DNA of 46,193 nucleotides. It comes from a virus. The notes beneath the pieces are model-generated. The model was not told where the DNA came from and did no database searches. It was given only the letters and a program-made list of their open reading frames with translations. The stretch lies in the IMG/VR virus record IMGVR_UViG_3300045988_103144; one strand, 5' to 3'. Position numbers and translations under genes: made by a program. Shown here piece after piece: positions 9,122-17,564 of this stretch. Each line of letters opens with the position of its first letter. Within the stretch, counting starts at the first letter, position 1.

Positions 9122-10027
9122 TTATAAATCGTCGAACAAATTACCCTGTAATTTATGCTCACAATACCAATGTTTAAGGCCCTGCTTAGAAGTCCACCAA
9201 TTAAAAACCTCCTCGTCTGTTAGGTCGGTATAACGATTCACATAGCCGTTTTCTCTTAATCGGTGTATGGTACGCAATATTAAAGCCTTGTAGCGTGGAT
9301 ATGCCCCCCCTTGTTTTATAATTTCTTTTTGGCTTGCCATCGGGCAAAACAAACACCCGATACGTTGCCAACCTTTATCGTATAGCTCGCAGTGTTCTAC
9401 TTTAACGACTTCATTAAGAAAGTACCAAACATCTTCTTTCGTCCAATCTATGATAGGGTTTATCACGATTTTGTCTTTGCCCTTGACACACTGCACGCCC
9501 TCAACTTCTTGGCTTCGTGTAAATTGGTCTAACTGCTCAAAGCTGCCACTAAATCGGTCTGTCTTCTTCGCTCTGATAATCTCGGCTTCGTTTCTGTGGC
9601 TTCGCTGTACGGATTCCTCACGCCTTACACCTGTAAGTGTAACTGTCCCGGCTCCTTTGGTTTCTTTCAGTACGGCGCAACAAAAGCGCATTAAGCGAGT
9701 TGGCAAAGCCTTACTTTTGATGCAAAGTTGGGCAAAGGTTAGTTTAGGTCTATCTATTGCAACATCAGGATATTTGTTACGGATAAACATAACTAACTCT
9801 GGTGGATCTAAAGTCGTGAGGCTATAATGAGCGTCAAACTTTACACCTGCTAATACTGCCACGTGGTAAAGGCTCTGGCTATCTTTGCCCCCACTAAATG
9901 CCAAATAAAACCCCTTATCTGAATAACGCAAAGCCAACTTTTCCGACTTCTGTAATAACTCGATACTGTGTTGCAACTTTTTGTCAAAGTTAAGGGGTTT
10001 TCTCTTTTGATACGCTGTACTGTTCAT
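9122..10027 (-). CDS. PAPS-reductase-family PP-loop ATPase
   Basis: 301 aa with the PP-loop SGGKDS (LAFSGGKDSQS) and C-terminal cysteines (IGCLFCP). Confidence 0.75.
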   Translation of the reverse strand: MNSTAYQKRKPLNFDKKLQHSIELLQKSEKLALRYSDKGFYLAFSGGKDSQSLYHVAVLAGVKFDAHYSLTTLDPPELVMFIRNKYPDVAIDRPKLTFAQLCIKSKALPTRLMRFCCAVLKETKGAGTVTLTGVRREESVQRSHRNEAEIIRAKKTDRFSGSFEQLDQFTRSQEVEGVQCVKGKDKIVINPIIDWTKEDVWYFLNEVVKVEHCELYDKGWQRIGCLFCPMASQKEIIKQGGAYPRYKALILRTIHRLRENGYVNRYTDLTDEEVFNWWTSKQGLKHWYCEHKLQGNLFDDL

Positions 10028-10029
10028 AA

Positions 10030-10179
10030 CTAATTAAACCAAATCTTAAAATACCGCCAATCTATGCAACCGGGGCACTGCTCGCAAACTTCACACTCCG
10101 ATATTTTACAAACTCCGTAGCCGGGTTTGTCTTCATCAGGATCGTATGATAGGCACGTTTTGCAGTACATCTTTTTCAT
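10030..10179 (-). CDS. Small cysteine-rich protein (49 aa, 8 Cys), hand-translated
   Basis: MKKMYCKTCLSYDPDEDKPGYGVCKISECEVCEQCPGCIDWRYFKIWFN. It is below the ORF-track cutoff. Its stop lies 2 nt before the ATG (10027) of the PAPS-reductase-like gene. Confidence 0.4.
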   Translation of the reverse strand: MKKMYCKTCLSYDPDEDKPGYGVCKISECEVCEQCPGCIDWRYFKIWFN

Positions 10180-10203
10180 AATTGGCGGTATTGGTGAATA
10201 ATG

Positions 10204-10221
10204 GCACGGCTTTCGCCGTGC
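10204..10221 (-). promoter_or_regulatory. GC-rich hairpin with a GAAA loop downstream of VR2 (candidate DGR target-recognition element)
   Basis: Plus strand reads GCACGGC-TTTC-GCCGTGC. A near-identical element lies at 22108..22127. Confidence 0.6.
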
Positions 10222-10250
10222 TTAAAGATTAAAAACTAAAATATTAAGGG

Positions 10251-10961
10251 CTAAAAAATAAATGCTGACACTGCCCTAACTCTGCCCGTGTTGCTGGCCT
10301 TAGTGGTCCAATTGCTCGAAGTACCGTCGTCGAGGTACAGATACCACGCGTTGGTCGCACTGCTCTCGGTAGAAGTCCAATACCAACGGTCTTGCAGTTT
10401 ATCGCCCTTGGCAAACTCCAAAGCTGCATTGATAGTCTTTTTGTTGATAAAGATACGGTACAACTCGCCTAAAGATGGTATGTACCAATCATCAGCTAAC
10501 TTTATCTTTGGATTCAGGATGCTACGCAAATGGTTGGTGTTTCTCGCTCCGTCCATGTCTGCTACTGCATCGTCGTACTTGTCGATATAATAATCTTGGT
10601 CGGCTTTTAGATCGCTATTGCTCTTTGTGGTTAGTGCGATACCATCGCCGTTAGCCTCATCGTGCAAAGCTATCTTAATGCCAAAGCTACCCATCTTCAG
10701 ACCGATAGCCACTACCTCGCTATCCATGTTGTCGTCTTTGGTGTACTCCAGTTCAAACAAAGTTGCTTTGCCGTCGGCGTGTACCAAATAGACGCCGTCC
10801 TCTATGCCGGATTTTGGTAACTGCGCTTGTACTGGCTTTTCGTCCTTACCCATCACAAAGGTATTGGCTTTCTCCGCATCTTCCACGTTGCCACACCATT
10901 GTAATAACTCGTATCTGAATTGCTGCACGTCTGATAGTGCCTTACTTGTCTGTATCTCCAT
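10251..10961 (-). CDS. DGR target protein 2 (DUF1566/lectin-fold C-terminus carrying VR2)
   Basis: 236 aa. WYIPSLGELYRIF...WYWTSTESSATNAWYLYLDDGTSSNWTTKASNTGRVRAVSAFIF. The last 36 codons are collinear with the TR. Confidence 0.85.
   Translation of the reverse strand: MEIQTSKALSDVQQFRYELLQWCGNVEDAEKANTFVMGKDEKPVQAQLPKSGIEDGVYLVHADGKATLFELEYTKDDNMDSEVVAIGLKMGSFGIKIALHDEANGDGIALTTKSNSDLKADQDYYIDKYDDAVADMDGARNTNHLRSILNPKIKLADDWYIPSLGELYRIFINKKTINAALEFAKGDKLQDRWYWTSTESSATNAWYLYLDDGTSSNWTTKASNTGRVRAVSAFIF
10263..10370 (-). repeat. DGR variable repeat VR2
   Basis: 108 nt, collinear with TR 21493..21600. By hand alignment there are 10 mismatches, all at TR adenines (T on the + strand). Confidence 0.85.
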
Positions 10962-10987
10962 TTTTGTATATGCTTTATATTGTTTAA

Positions 10988-11290
10988 CTAATCTTCTTTA
11001 TACCATGCCCACGCTGCAAATTTCGCCTCTGCCACTATCTCATCAGTAATGAGCGGCTCGATCTGACTTGCATACGTCCACATGATAGGTAATTGGGCTT
11101 CCTGGGTTTCTGCCTTGCCCCAATCACATTCAGCCGGAACGACGTTACTATGATGGAACGTCATTAAACGACAAAGCGGATATTTTCGTTTACCCACCTT
11201 AAAAAGTAGGTATATCGGCACATTCTTTTTAGGGGCTTCCGTCGCCTTGTGCCATTCTACCTTAATTTCTGTTGTATTACTCTTTGCCAT
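10988..11290 (-). CDS. Hypothetical protein
   Basis: 100-aa co-oriented ORF between the polymerase gene and DGR target 2. Confidence 0.5.
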   Translation of the reverse strand: MAKSNTTEIKVEWHKATEAPKKNVPIYLLFKVGKRKYPLCRLMTFHHSNVVPAECDWGKAETQEAQLPIMWTYASQIEPLITDEIVAEAKFAAWAWYKED

Positions 11291-11303
11291 ATTGCTTTAT
11301 TGT

Positions 11304-13277
11304 TTAATCTTTTAGATAATATGGGGTGGTGTACCCTGCGCCTTTGAGTGGCAAATCTTTGCACCACGGTATAGGCTCACTAAACAAAGCCTCAACCATC
11401 GGTAACGTCTGGTCTTTCGTAGCCTCAACGATGATCTCATCGTGTATATGGAAAACTACGTTTAACCCTCGCTGCTCGGCTCTAAGTATCACACAACCTA
11501 ATATGTCACGTGCCGTAGCCTGTACGATGTTCTCGGTTAGCTTACCGCCGTAGGTTCTCAATTTTCCCCACTTCTTCGTTTTTTGGTTCAAACCCTCATA
11601 TTCGATAATTTCGTGGTCGCCTCGCCAACCGTCGTTTGTCTCGATTCCAACTTCTGTACGTGGGTAACAAATAGTCCTGCCACTTGGTAGGGTAATTAGC
11701 AACATACCCCAACGATAACTAATAATAATGCCTCGTTGTATCTGCACTCTTTTTCCTGTCTTAATGGCTATGATAGCCGCTTTCTCGACTGTACGCCATA
11801 ACTTAACGATATGTGGGTTACTGTCTCGCCACTTGTTTACGATGTCTTTTTCCTCGGATTCTGTTAAACCTAACTTCTTACCGCCCATCGCTTCCAATGC
11901 CGATACACCACCGCCGTAGCCCAAACCCAAAACGGCTACTTTGCCTTTCGGTCTCAAATCTCCGTTGGGGCCGTGCTTTTGTACTGGTACACCAAACATT
12001 TTGCTTGCCGTCTCACAATAGATGTCGTGCCCTGCTCTGAAAGCGTCCAATACCCATGTTTCCCCGGCAATCCATGCTATCACACGTGCCTCGATCGCTG
12101 AAAAGTCGCATACGTGGAACGTGCAACCGGGCTTGGCTATGAAAGCGGTACGTATCAACTCGCTAAGTACTTGGGTAACGTTTCCGTAGTTCATTTCAAA
12201 CTCTTCCAAATCGCCCTGCTTAACCAAATAGCGTGCATCATCCAGACTTTCCAGATGGTTTTGTGGTAGGTTCTGTAACTGCACCAAACGCCCTGCCCAT
12301 CTGCCTGTACGTGCTGCACCGCAAAACTGCAACAAACCATGTACTCGGCCATCCTTGCAGACACATTTTTGCATTGTCGTGTACTTCTTGTTAGAAGTCT
12401 TACCCATTTCCCTACGCAAAGCCAAAACTTTCTGCACCTTGGGCCAATACTTAAACTGCACCTCGTAGTCGTCCAAATTCTTTTTGTTGAGGCTATCAAT
12501 AGTAAACCCGGTGTTCTCGGATATGTATTGCTTAATCTGTCCGGGGCTATTGGGGTTGCTCATGCCTGTAAGTTTTCGGGCTTCTGCAAATAGCTCATCT
12601 TTGTATAGCTCATCAAATCGGGCGGCGTTGTTTACCAAAACTTGGTCTATCATCACGCCACGGTCGTTAATGTGCTGATCGGCTACGTACAAATCTTCGT
12701 CAAACTCTGGTGCCTCCAATCTTCTGACCTTTTTTAAGATGGCTTGCTCCACGTCCACGTCTCGGATATTGTAGGCTTTGAACGTTGCCCACTTATCGGG
12801 CGCATCGCTTGGCATGTGACGGATCATCTTTGTTATTCCCTGTTTGGTTTGCTTGTTTGGAACACTAAAGTATCTTATCAGGGCTTTACCCTCTGTCATC
12901 TTTCTGTCTTCCAGTTTAAGCACCTCACCACATTGAGCCAACGAAAGCGGCAAACCCATTCGAGCGGCTCTTACCATCGTACACCGCCATTGTCTCGGGT
13001 CTAATCGCCCTTTGATACCTAAATACACGCCAATACAAATCCGTTCAAAAGCTGCATTGAAAGCGGTCTTTATTACCTCGGGGTCGGTTAATGCTGCTTT
13101 GATGTCCGGCGGCAAAGTTTCGCCGCTTGCAAAGTCCACACATTTCGCCGGGCTACCGTCCACGCTATACCCAAAAAGCAATATGGTAAAGTCTTCGGCT
13201 TCCACATACTTATATACGCCACACTCGGTTAGGTCGTTGCTACTATATGTTTCGATGTCTATGCCTAATTCTTTCAT
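11304..13277 (-). CDS. Family A DNA polymerase with 3'-5' exonuclease domain
   Basis: 657 aa. ExoI is GIDIETYS, motif A is DFSAIEARVIAW, motif B is RPKGKVAVLGLGYGGG and motif C is HIHDEIIVE. Confidence 0.9.
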   Translation of the reverse strand: MKELGIDIETYSSNDLTECGVYKYVEAEDFTILLFGYSVDGSPAKCVDFASGETLPPDIKAALTDPEVIKTAFNAAFERICIGVYLGIKGRLDPRQWRCTMVRAARMGLPLSLAQCGEVLKLEDRKMTEGKALIRYFSVPNKQTKQGITKMIRHMPSDAPDKWATFKAYNIRDVDVEQAILKKVRRLEAPEFDEDLYVADQHINDRGVMIDQVLVNNAARFDELYKDELFAEARKLTGMSNPNSPGQIKQYISENTGFTIDSLNKKNLDDYEVQFKYWPKVQKVLALRREMGKTSNKKYTTMQKCVCKDGRVHGLLQFCGAARTGRWAGRLVQLQNLPQNHLESLDDARYLVKQGDLEEFEMNYGNVTQVLSELIRTAFIAKPGCTFHVCDFSAIEARVIAWIAGETWVLDAFRAGHDIYCETASKMFGVPVQKHGPNGDLRPKGKVAVLGLGYGGGVSALEAMGGKKLGLTESEEKDIVNKWRDSNPHIVKLWRTVEKAAIIAIKTGKRVQIQRGIIISYRWGMLLITLPSGRTICYPRTEVGIETNDGWRGDHEIIEYEGLNQKTKKWGKLRTYGGKLTENIVQATARDILGCVILRAEQRGLNVVFHIHDEIIVEATKDQTLPMVEALFSEPIPWCKDLPLKGAGYTTPYYLKD

Positions 13278-13295
13278 ACGCTTTGTTGTTTAAAT

Positions 13296-13328
13296 ACCCC
13301 GGCGGCTTCCTCTTTCCACCGCCGGGGT
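13296..13328 (-). terminator. 10-bp GC-rich stem-loop between the SSB and polymerase genes (terminator/attenuator-like)
   Basis: ACCCCGGCGG...CCGCCGGGGT with a 13-nt loop; the U-tract is weak. Confidence 0.35.
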
Positions 13329-13363
13329 CACACATTAACATTTTATCGTAGAAAAAAAGCATT

Positions 13364-13927
13364 TTACAAATCGTCGTCGTCCTCGTCGTCGATTCCGTCC
13401 AAATCTCCAAAGTCGCTTTCGGCTGATACTCTTCCGCCCAAATGGTCGTCGTCCTTGAACTTCATAATGTTGTTGAGGCCGCACGCTACGCCCTTGTTAC
13501 CGCTTACGTCGTAGCCGTAGAAAGTTACCGACACAATCGCCCAAACGCCGCTGTAAACTTCTTCCTCGTCCACGATAGGCACTTTCTTGCGATCAACTAC
13601 GCCCGGGCGTGTGTTGCTCTTGGCGTTCAAATAGTAGTGGTCTTCGTAAACCTCATCGTCCTTTTCGTCACCATCACGCAAAGCCAAATCAAGTTTCTTA
13701 GGCTCTTTGCCTCCCCACTTGGCTACGATAGCGGCTTTCTTAGCTGCCTCGATTGCCTTTTTTATGGCTTCGATAGTCTTCTTTTCAGACTTCGGGATCA
13801 AAACGTTAGTCATAAACTTGCCCTCTCCGACACCGTCCGGGCTGAACTTCTCGAAAACGTGGGTGTAACTAAGGCGGCATGGGCCAAAGATTACCTTAGT
13901 GTCATTAACTACTTTAGGGTCTATCAT
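13364..13927 (-). CDS. ssDNA-binding protein (DUF2815-like)
   Basis: 187 aa. It has a CRLSYTHVFE start motif and an acidic tail (DGIDDEDDDDL), and sits between the DUF2800-like nuclease and PolA. Confidence 0.65.
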   Translation of the reverse strand: MIDPKVVNDTKVIFGPCRLSYTHVFEKFSPDGVGEGKFMTNVLIPKSEKKTIEAIKKAIEAAKKAAIVAKWGGKEPKKLDLALRDGDEKDDEVYEDHYYLNAKSNTRPGVVDRKKVPIVDEEEVYSGVWAIVSVTFYGYDVSGNKGVACGLNNIMKFKDDDHLGGRVSAESDFGDLDGIDDEDDDDL

Positions 13928-13953
13928 AATTGTATGAATTTAAAATGTTAAAC

Positions 13954-15102
13954 TTAAATGTCTTTAAAATCGTCTGCTGCCTGATTAAACGCCGGGCGTT
14001 TATCTGATTCAGGCACTAACGTTGGTTTGCCTTGTGGCTTGTTGATGTACTCGGCACAAATTGTACAAAAGCGTTTCTTACCAATGAGCTTCTCCAAATC
14101 GGTAATACTTCGTAGCTCGGTAGGCTTAATGTAGGCTTCTTTTGCAAAGCCCTCTTTGCCTAAAAGTTCCATCACGGCGGTTGGGTTTGTTATCTTTCTG
14201 ATACTGCGCCCCTCAACGATTTTAAAACCTCTGTACTGTACACCACTTAACGCCTGTTCCAAACTGTACTCCTCAACTCCAGTTAGCCACGTTTTGATCG
14301 TTGAAAGCAAAGGTAGTATAGTGCTTTCCATTACTTCCTTGCTAATTTTACGTGGGTCGGGGTTGGCTTGCTGTGCTTCGATACACATAGACGATAGGGC
14401 TTTGCAGTTTGCCTTAATCTTGCAGAACTGACACCAATTGCCCGGCTTTTGCTTACCTCCGGCATAGGCTTCGTTGGCTTTTGGTTGCAGCTCATCGACT
14501 GCCCAATTAATGAGGTCGGCGGCATCTAACTCGAACTCCGAAAGATTATCAATACGTGGTTGTACGATAGTCATGCGTACCTTACGTATGTCGTACTCAA
14601 AGTTAAATAAGTCCCATGCGCCCAAAGCGTAAATCATCATTTGTGGATTTTCCACGGCTGACACTTTTACGCCCTTACCATACTTAAAGTCGATAATTTC
14701 CATCACGCCATCGGCGATAATGATAGCGTCCGACGTGCCGAAAGCATCAGGCACATAGTGGCTAAAATCTAACTTGACCTCAACCAACAATTGTGCGTCC
14801 TTGGTCTTAGCTCGGGCGGCGTTGAACTTCTCCAGTACGATAGTCTTGTACGTATCGGTGTACTCGTCCATTTCGCCACTGTGGTACTGCTCGTCTAACT
14901 GCGCTATTTCGGCTTTTTCCTCATCCGCCGACAAACCCAAAAACTCTTTCAGTTTCTTGGCGCAATAGGCGTGGGCTAACGTTCCCTCCTCTGCAAAGGT
15001 GCTGCCCTTATCCTCCACGTCTTTTTCCAGAAGTGGGGCGGCGGTACAATTCATCCAACGATGTGCCGCACTTGGTGATAATAAAGCGTGTTTACCTGCC
15101 AT
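13954..15102 (-). CDS. PD-(D/E)xK Cas4-like nuclease (DUF2800-like)
   Basis: 382 aa. N-terminal LLSPSAAHRWMNCTAAP and C-terminal cysteines (WCQFCKIKANC). Confidence 0.6.
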   Translation of the reverse strand: MAGKHALLSPSAAHRWMNCTAAPLLEKDVEDKGSTFAEEGTLAHAYCAKKLKEFLGLSADEEKAEIAQLDEQYHSGEMDEYTDTYKTIVLEKFNAARAKTKDAQLLVEVKLDFSHYVPDAFGTSDAIIIADGVMEIIDFKYGKGVKVSAVENPQMMIYALGAWDLFNFEYDIRKVRMTIVQPRIDNLSEFELDAADLINWAVDELQPKANEAYAGGKQKPGNWCQFCKIKANCKALSSMCIEAQQANPDPRKISKEVMESTILPLLSTIKTWLTGVEEYSLEQALSGVQYRGFKIVEGRSIRKITNPTAVMELLGKEGFAKEAYIKPTELRSITDLEKLIGKKRFCTICAEYINKPQGKPTLVPESDKRPAFNQAADDFKDI

Positions 15103-15127
15103 AATTGTATATGATTAAATGTTGTTA

Positions 15128-15784
15128 TTAAAATGGGCAATTTGAACCGATCGTGCCATCATCCATAATACGCAACTCGTCGCACTGCTCCATGAAACTT
15201 GCAATCTTATCAGGTGGCAAAGCACTTGGTTTTTCAGCACCCAACAAAGCGGCTATGTTCTTGAACTGTGCCGTTAATGGCTTATGGTATTTTTTGTATA
15301 GATCGCCGTTGGTGTTCTCCTTGTAGTCTTCACCCTCGATACGTTGGCGTGTCTTGTGCATAGCTGCCCTAACGTCTTCGGCGGTTAATGGCTTCTGCTC
15401 TGCCTCTGCTTTGGCCTGGCCCTCATTCTGTGGGGCGGCTTCCTCGGCTTTGGCTTCTTCCTGCTCGGCTACCTGCTCACCGTTGGCATCGGCTTCGTTG
15501 GCTGCTGCCTCCTGCTGTTCGTCTCCGGCTGGCTCCTTAGTAGGCTCCGGCTTGTCGGCGGCTGCTTCCTCTTTCTTTTTTCTGCCTCGCTTGTTAGTAG
15601 GCTGTTGAGGCTGTGCCGGGGTGGCGTCCTCTGGCTTGTTATCTACTTGTCCGTTTCCGTCGAGTGCTTCCTCGGCGGTCGGCGCAACTGTTGGTCGGTG
15701 GCACAAAATGGCATTTACCAAAGCCACGATTTCGGGTGTTACACCCAAATTGACCTGTACGTTAATACTAAAATCTGTTTTCAT
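15128..15784 (-). CDS. Hypothetical protein with an Ala/Glu/Gln-rich low-complexity centre
   Basis: 218-aa co-oriented ORF. Confidence 0.5.
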   Translation of the reverse strand: MKTDFSINVQVNLGVTPEIVALVNAILCHRPTVAPTAEEALDGNGQVDNKPEDATPAQPQQPTNKRGRKKKEEAAADKPEPTKEPAGDEQQEAAANEADANGEQVAEQEEAKAEEAAPQNEGQAKAEAEQKPLTAEDVRAAMHKTRQRIEGEDYKENTNGDLYKKYHKPLTAQFKNIAALLGAEKPSALPPDKIASFMEQCDELRIMDDGTIGSNCPF

Positions 15785-15805
15785 CTTTGTATATGATTAA
15801 TGATG

Positions 15806-16039
15806 TTATTTATCTTCGTTGATGTACTCCAATAGCTCATCTATCTTTCTGTGCTTCGCAAACCATACATACAAACGTATGTCGAAATATGCGAGTGCTA
15901 TTGCTGTAAACTTGGAATAAATCACTAACTCCCAATAGTTGGGGTTGCCCTTGTGTGGCATCCCAATCAGATTGAAAAAAGCGATAAAGCCGATAACTAC
16001 CATCAGCCAATAACGCCAATTCTTCATTACTTTTTTCAT
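15806..16039 (-). CDS. Small membrane protein
   Basis: 77 aa with two hydrophobic segments (WLMVVIGFIAFFNLIG; FTAIALAYFDIRLYVWF). Confidence 0.5.
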   Translation of the reverse strand: MKKVMKNWRYWLMVVIGFIAFFNLIGMPHKGNPNYWELVIYSKFTAIALAYFDIRLYVWFAKHRKIDELLEYINEDK

Positions 16040-16051
16040 ACGGCTTAATTT

Positions 16052-16252
16052 TTAAAGATACATTGATTTCCAACACTTGATTATTTCCGCCCCCGTAGTG
16101 ATTAAGCCCTTTCCGGCTTTTCTAACTCTGAACTTGATAAGCCCATCGTTAGCGTACCGAGCAACGGTGTGCCGATCAACGTGCAACGCTTTAGCTGCTT
16201 GCCCTTGGTTATACAAACCGTCTGGCTCTACTTCGGGTTTGGTGATAATCAT
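16052..16252 (-). CDS. Excisionase/Cro-like helix-turn-helix protein
   Basis: 66 aa. QGQAAKALHVDRHTVARYANDGLI is an HTH. It is the second gene of the leftward early operon. Confidence 0.55.
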   Translation of the reverse strand: MIITKPEVEPDGLYNQGQAAKALHVDRHTVARYANDGLIKFRVRKAGKGLITTGAEIIKCWKSMYL

Positions 16253-16464
16253 ATAGCGTTACGTGTGATGGTTAGTGTATTGGCTGTATAGTCCGTTTTA
16301 ACGCTGAACTTGCAGCCCATCAAATTTTGAAATTGATACGTTAAAGCCTTGCCGTTGTCGCACGCTTTCGCATCAGGTAGGTAAAACGTTTTCGTCTTTC
16401 CCACGCCAATTGACCGCAAATCGTCACGTGTCAATTTGATTGCTTTTCCTGTTTCGTCTGCCAT
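16249..16464 (-). CDS. Hypothetical early protein
   Basis: 71 aa; first ORF of the leftward operon next to the switch region. Confidence 0.45.
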   Translation of the reverse strand: MADETGKAIKLTRDDLRSIGVGKTKTFYLPDAKACDNGKALTYQFQNLMGCKFSVKTDYTANTLTITRNAI

Positions 16465-16490
16465 AAAAGTATAAATTTTATTAAAATTAC

Positions 16491-16676
16491 TTACTTAGTT
16501 ACTTATACCTTTGGAGAAAAAGAAAAACTGCCGTATATTTGCAGTTGGGTTTATGGTATGTTGGGCAAAATGTCCGACAGCCTTTCTTGTACTCGTAAGG
16601 TTAGTTACTTACTTATTTCGAGTGCAAAGATACGGCGAAATTTCGCCACTACAAAATTATTTGGCGAGAAATCGCC
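16491..16676. promoter_or_regulatory. Lysis/lysogeny switch region with face-to-face promoters and two operator types
   Basis: Rightward TACCTTTG box at 16506-16513. Leftward TTTG (16655-16652), a 19-nt spacer, then TATCTTTG (16632-16625). Palindrome GGCGAAATTTCGCC at 16634-16647 and GGCGAGAAATCGCC at 16663-16676. 17-mer motifs at 16491-16507 and 16600-16616. Confidence 0.5.
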
Positions 16677-16705
16677 ATTTATTAACTATTATTAATAATA
16701 GCCGT

Positions 16706-17107
16706 ATGTTTGAAACTATCAATCAAAGGATAAAAGCGGTATTAGATACCGTGTATCACGGAAACGTTACAGCAATGGCAAAAGGCTCATACATAAAGCG
16801 TACCACTATAAATAGTATAGTGGGGCCTAATGAAACAACGCCGGGGTTTGATGTTATTGCTAAGATTGGCGAAATCTCGTCACCACGAATAAGTATGGAA
16901 TGGCTTGTACGTGGTGTTGGTGATATGTTCTTAGACGAAAAAGATACCATAATATATAATAATGGTGTCAATGGAGACAATAACGCAAGTTATAACGATA
17001 GTGATATGTTAAGCCGTCTTGTTGGTTTGGTTGAGGCTAAAGACAAACAATTGGCTGAAAAGGATAAACAGATTAATACTTTGTTGGAGATTATAAAAGC
17101 TAAGTGA
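16706..17107 (+). CDS. CI-like repressor (Phage_CI_repr/BetR-type HTH plus C-terminal coiled coil)
   Basis: 133 aa counted from the ATG at 16706. NVTAMAKGSYIKRTTINSIV...ISMEWLVRGVGDMF. The track ORF start at 16511 is a TTG extension. Confidence 0.6.
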   Translation: MFETINQRIKAVLDTVYHGNVTAMAKGSYIKRTTINSIVGPNETTPGFDVIAKIGEISSPRISMEWLVRGVGDMFLDEKDTIIYNNGVNGDNNASYNDSDMLSRLVGLVEAKDKQLAEKDKQINTLLEIIKAK

Positions 17108-17108
17108 T

Positions 17109-17318
17109 ATGATGGTAATTTTGGCTACAATTATAGTTCTGGTGGTATTCTTCATAATTTCTGGGATGTTTAACCACGATACCAAAAAGGGTGAAAAAAT
17201 TAGTACATTTAAGACGCTTGGTATCCTAAGTTATGGCGGCTGTTTGCTCTCCGTCCTAATAATTATAGTGCTGTGCTTGGTGATTGTAGGACTTAATTTT
17301 GTGGTTAATTTACTGTAA
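17109..17318 (+). CDS. Small two-TM membrane protein
   Basis: 69 aa, strongly hydrophobic, directly after the repressor gene. Confidence 0.5.
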   Translation: MMVILATIIVLVVFFIISGMFNHDTKKGEKISTFKTLGILSYGGCLLSVLIIIVLCLVIVGLNFVVNLL

Positions 17319-17327
17319 TATTTACTT

Positions 17328-17549
17328 GCAAATTTTCAGCAAATAGTTTTTAGGTGTTCGTAATTAATTATAAATCAATAAGATATGAATAATATGGGAT
17401 TATTAAGTGGTGTCACGGCTCTAGTAGCCAAACACCTGATAATCAGCCCTAAAATGGGGGCTTTTTTCTGCGCCAAACCCCTAAAAATGGGCGAAATATG
17501 GTGCATTTTGGTAGGTTCGGGCGCAAAAATCAGCAAATTTTCAGCAAAT
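17328..17549. repeat. 17-bp direct repeats GCAAATTTTCAGCAAAT bracketing about 190 bp upstream of int; candidate attP arm sites
   Basis: Exact copies at 17328-17344 and 17533-17549. CCCTAAAA(A)TGGG occurs at 17447 and 17479. Confidence 0.4.
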
Positions 17550-17564
17550 TTTTAAGTCTGGCTT

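Noticed and set aside
16511-16705. N-terminal 65-codon extension of the repressor ORF (track start at 16511, TTG)
   Set aside because: The extension is hydrophobic or nonsense-like and spans the operator/promoter region. The conserved CI-type HTH begins right after the ATG at 16706.
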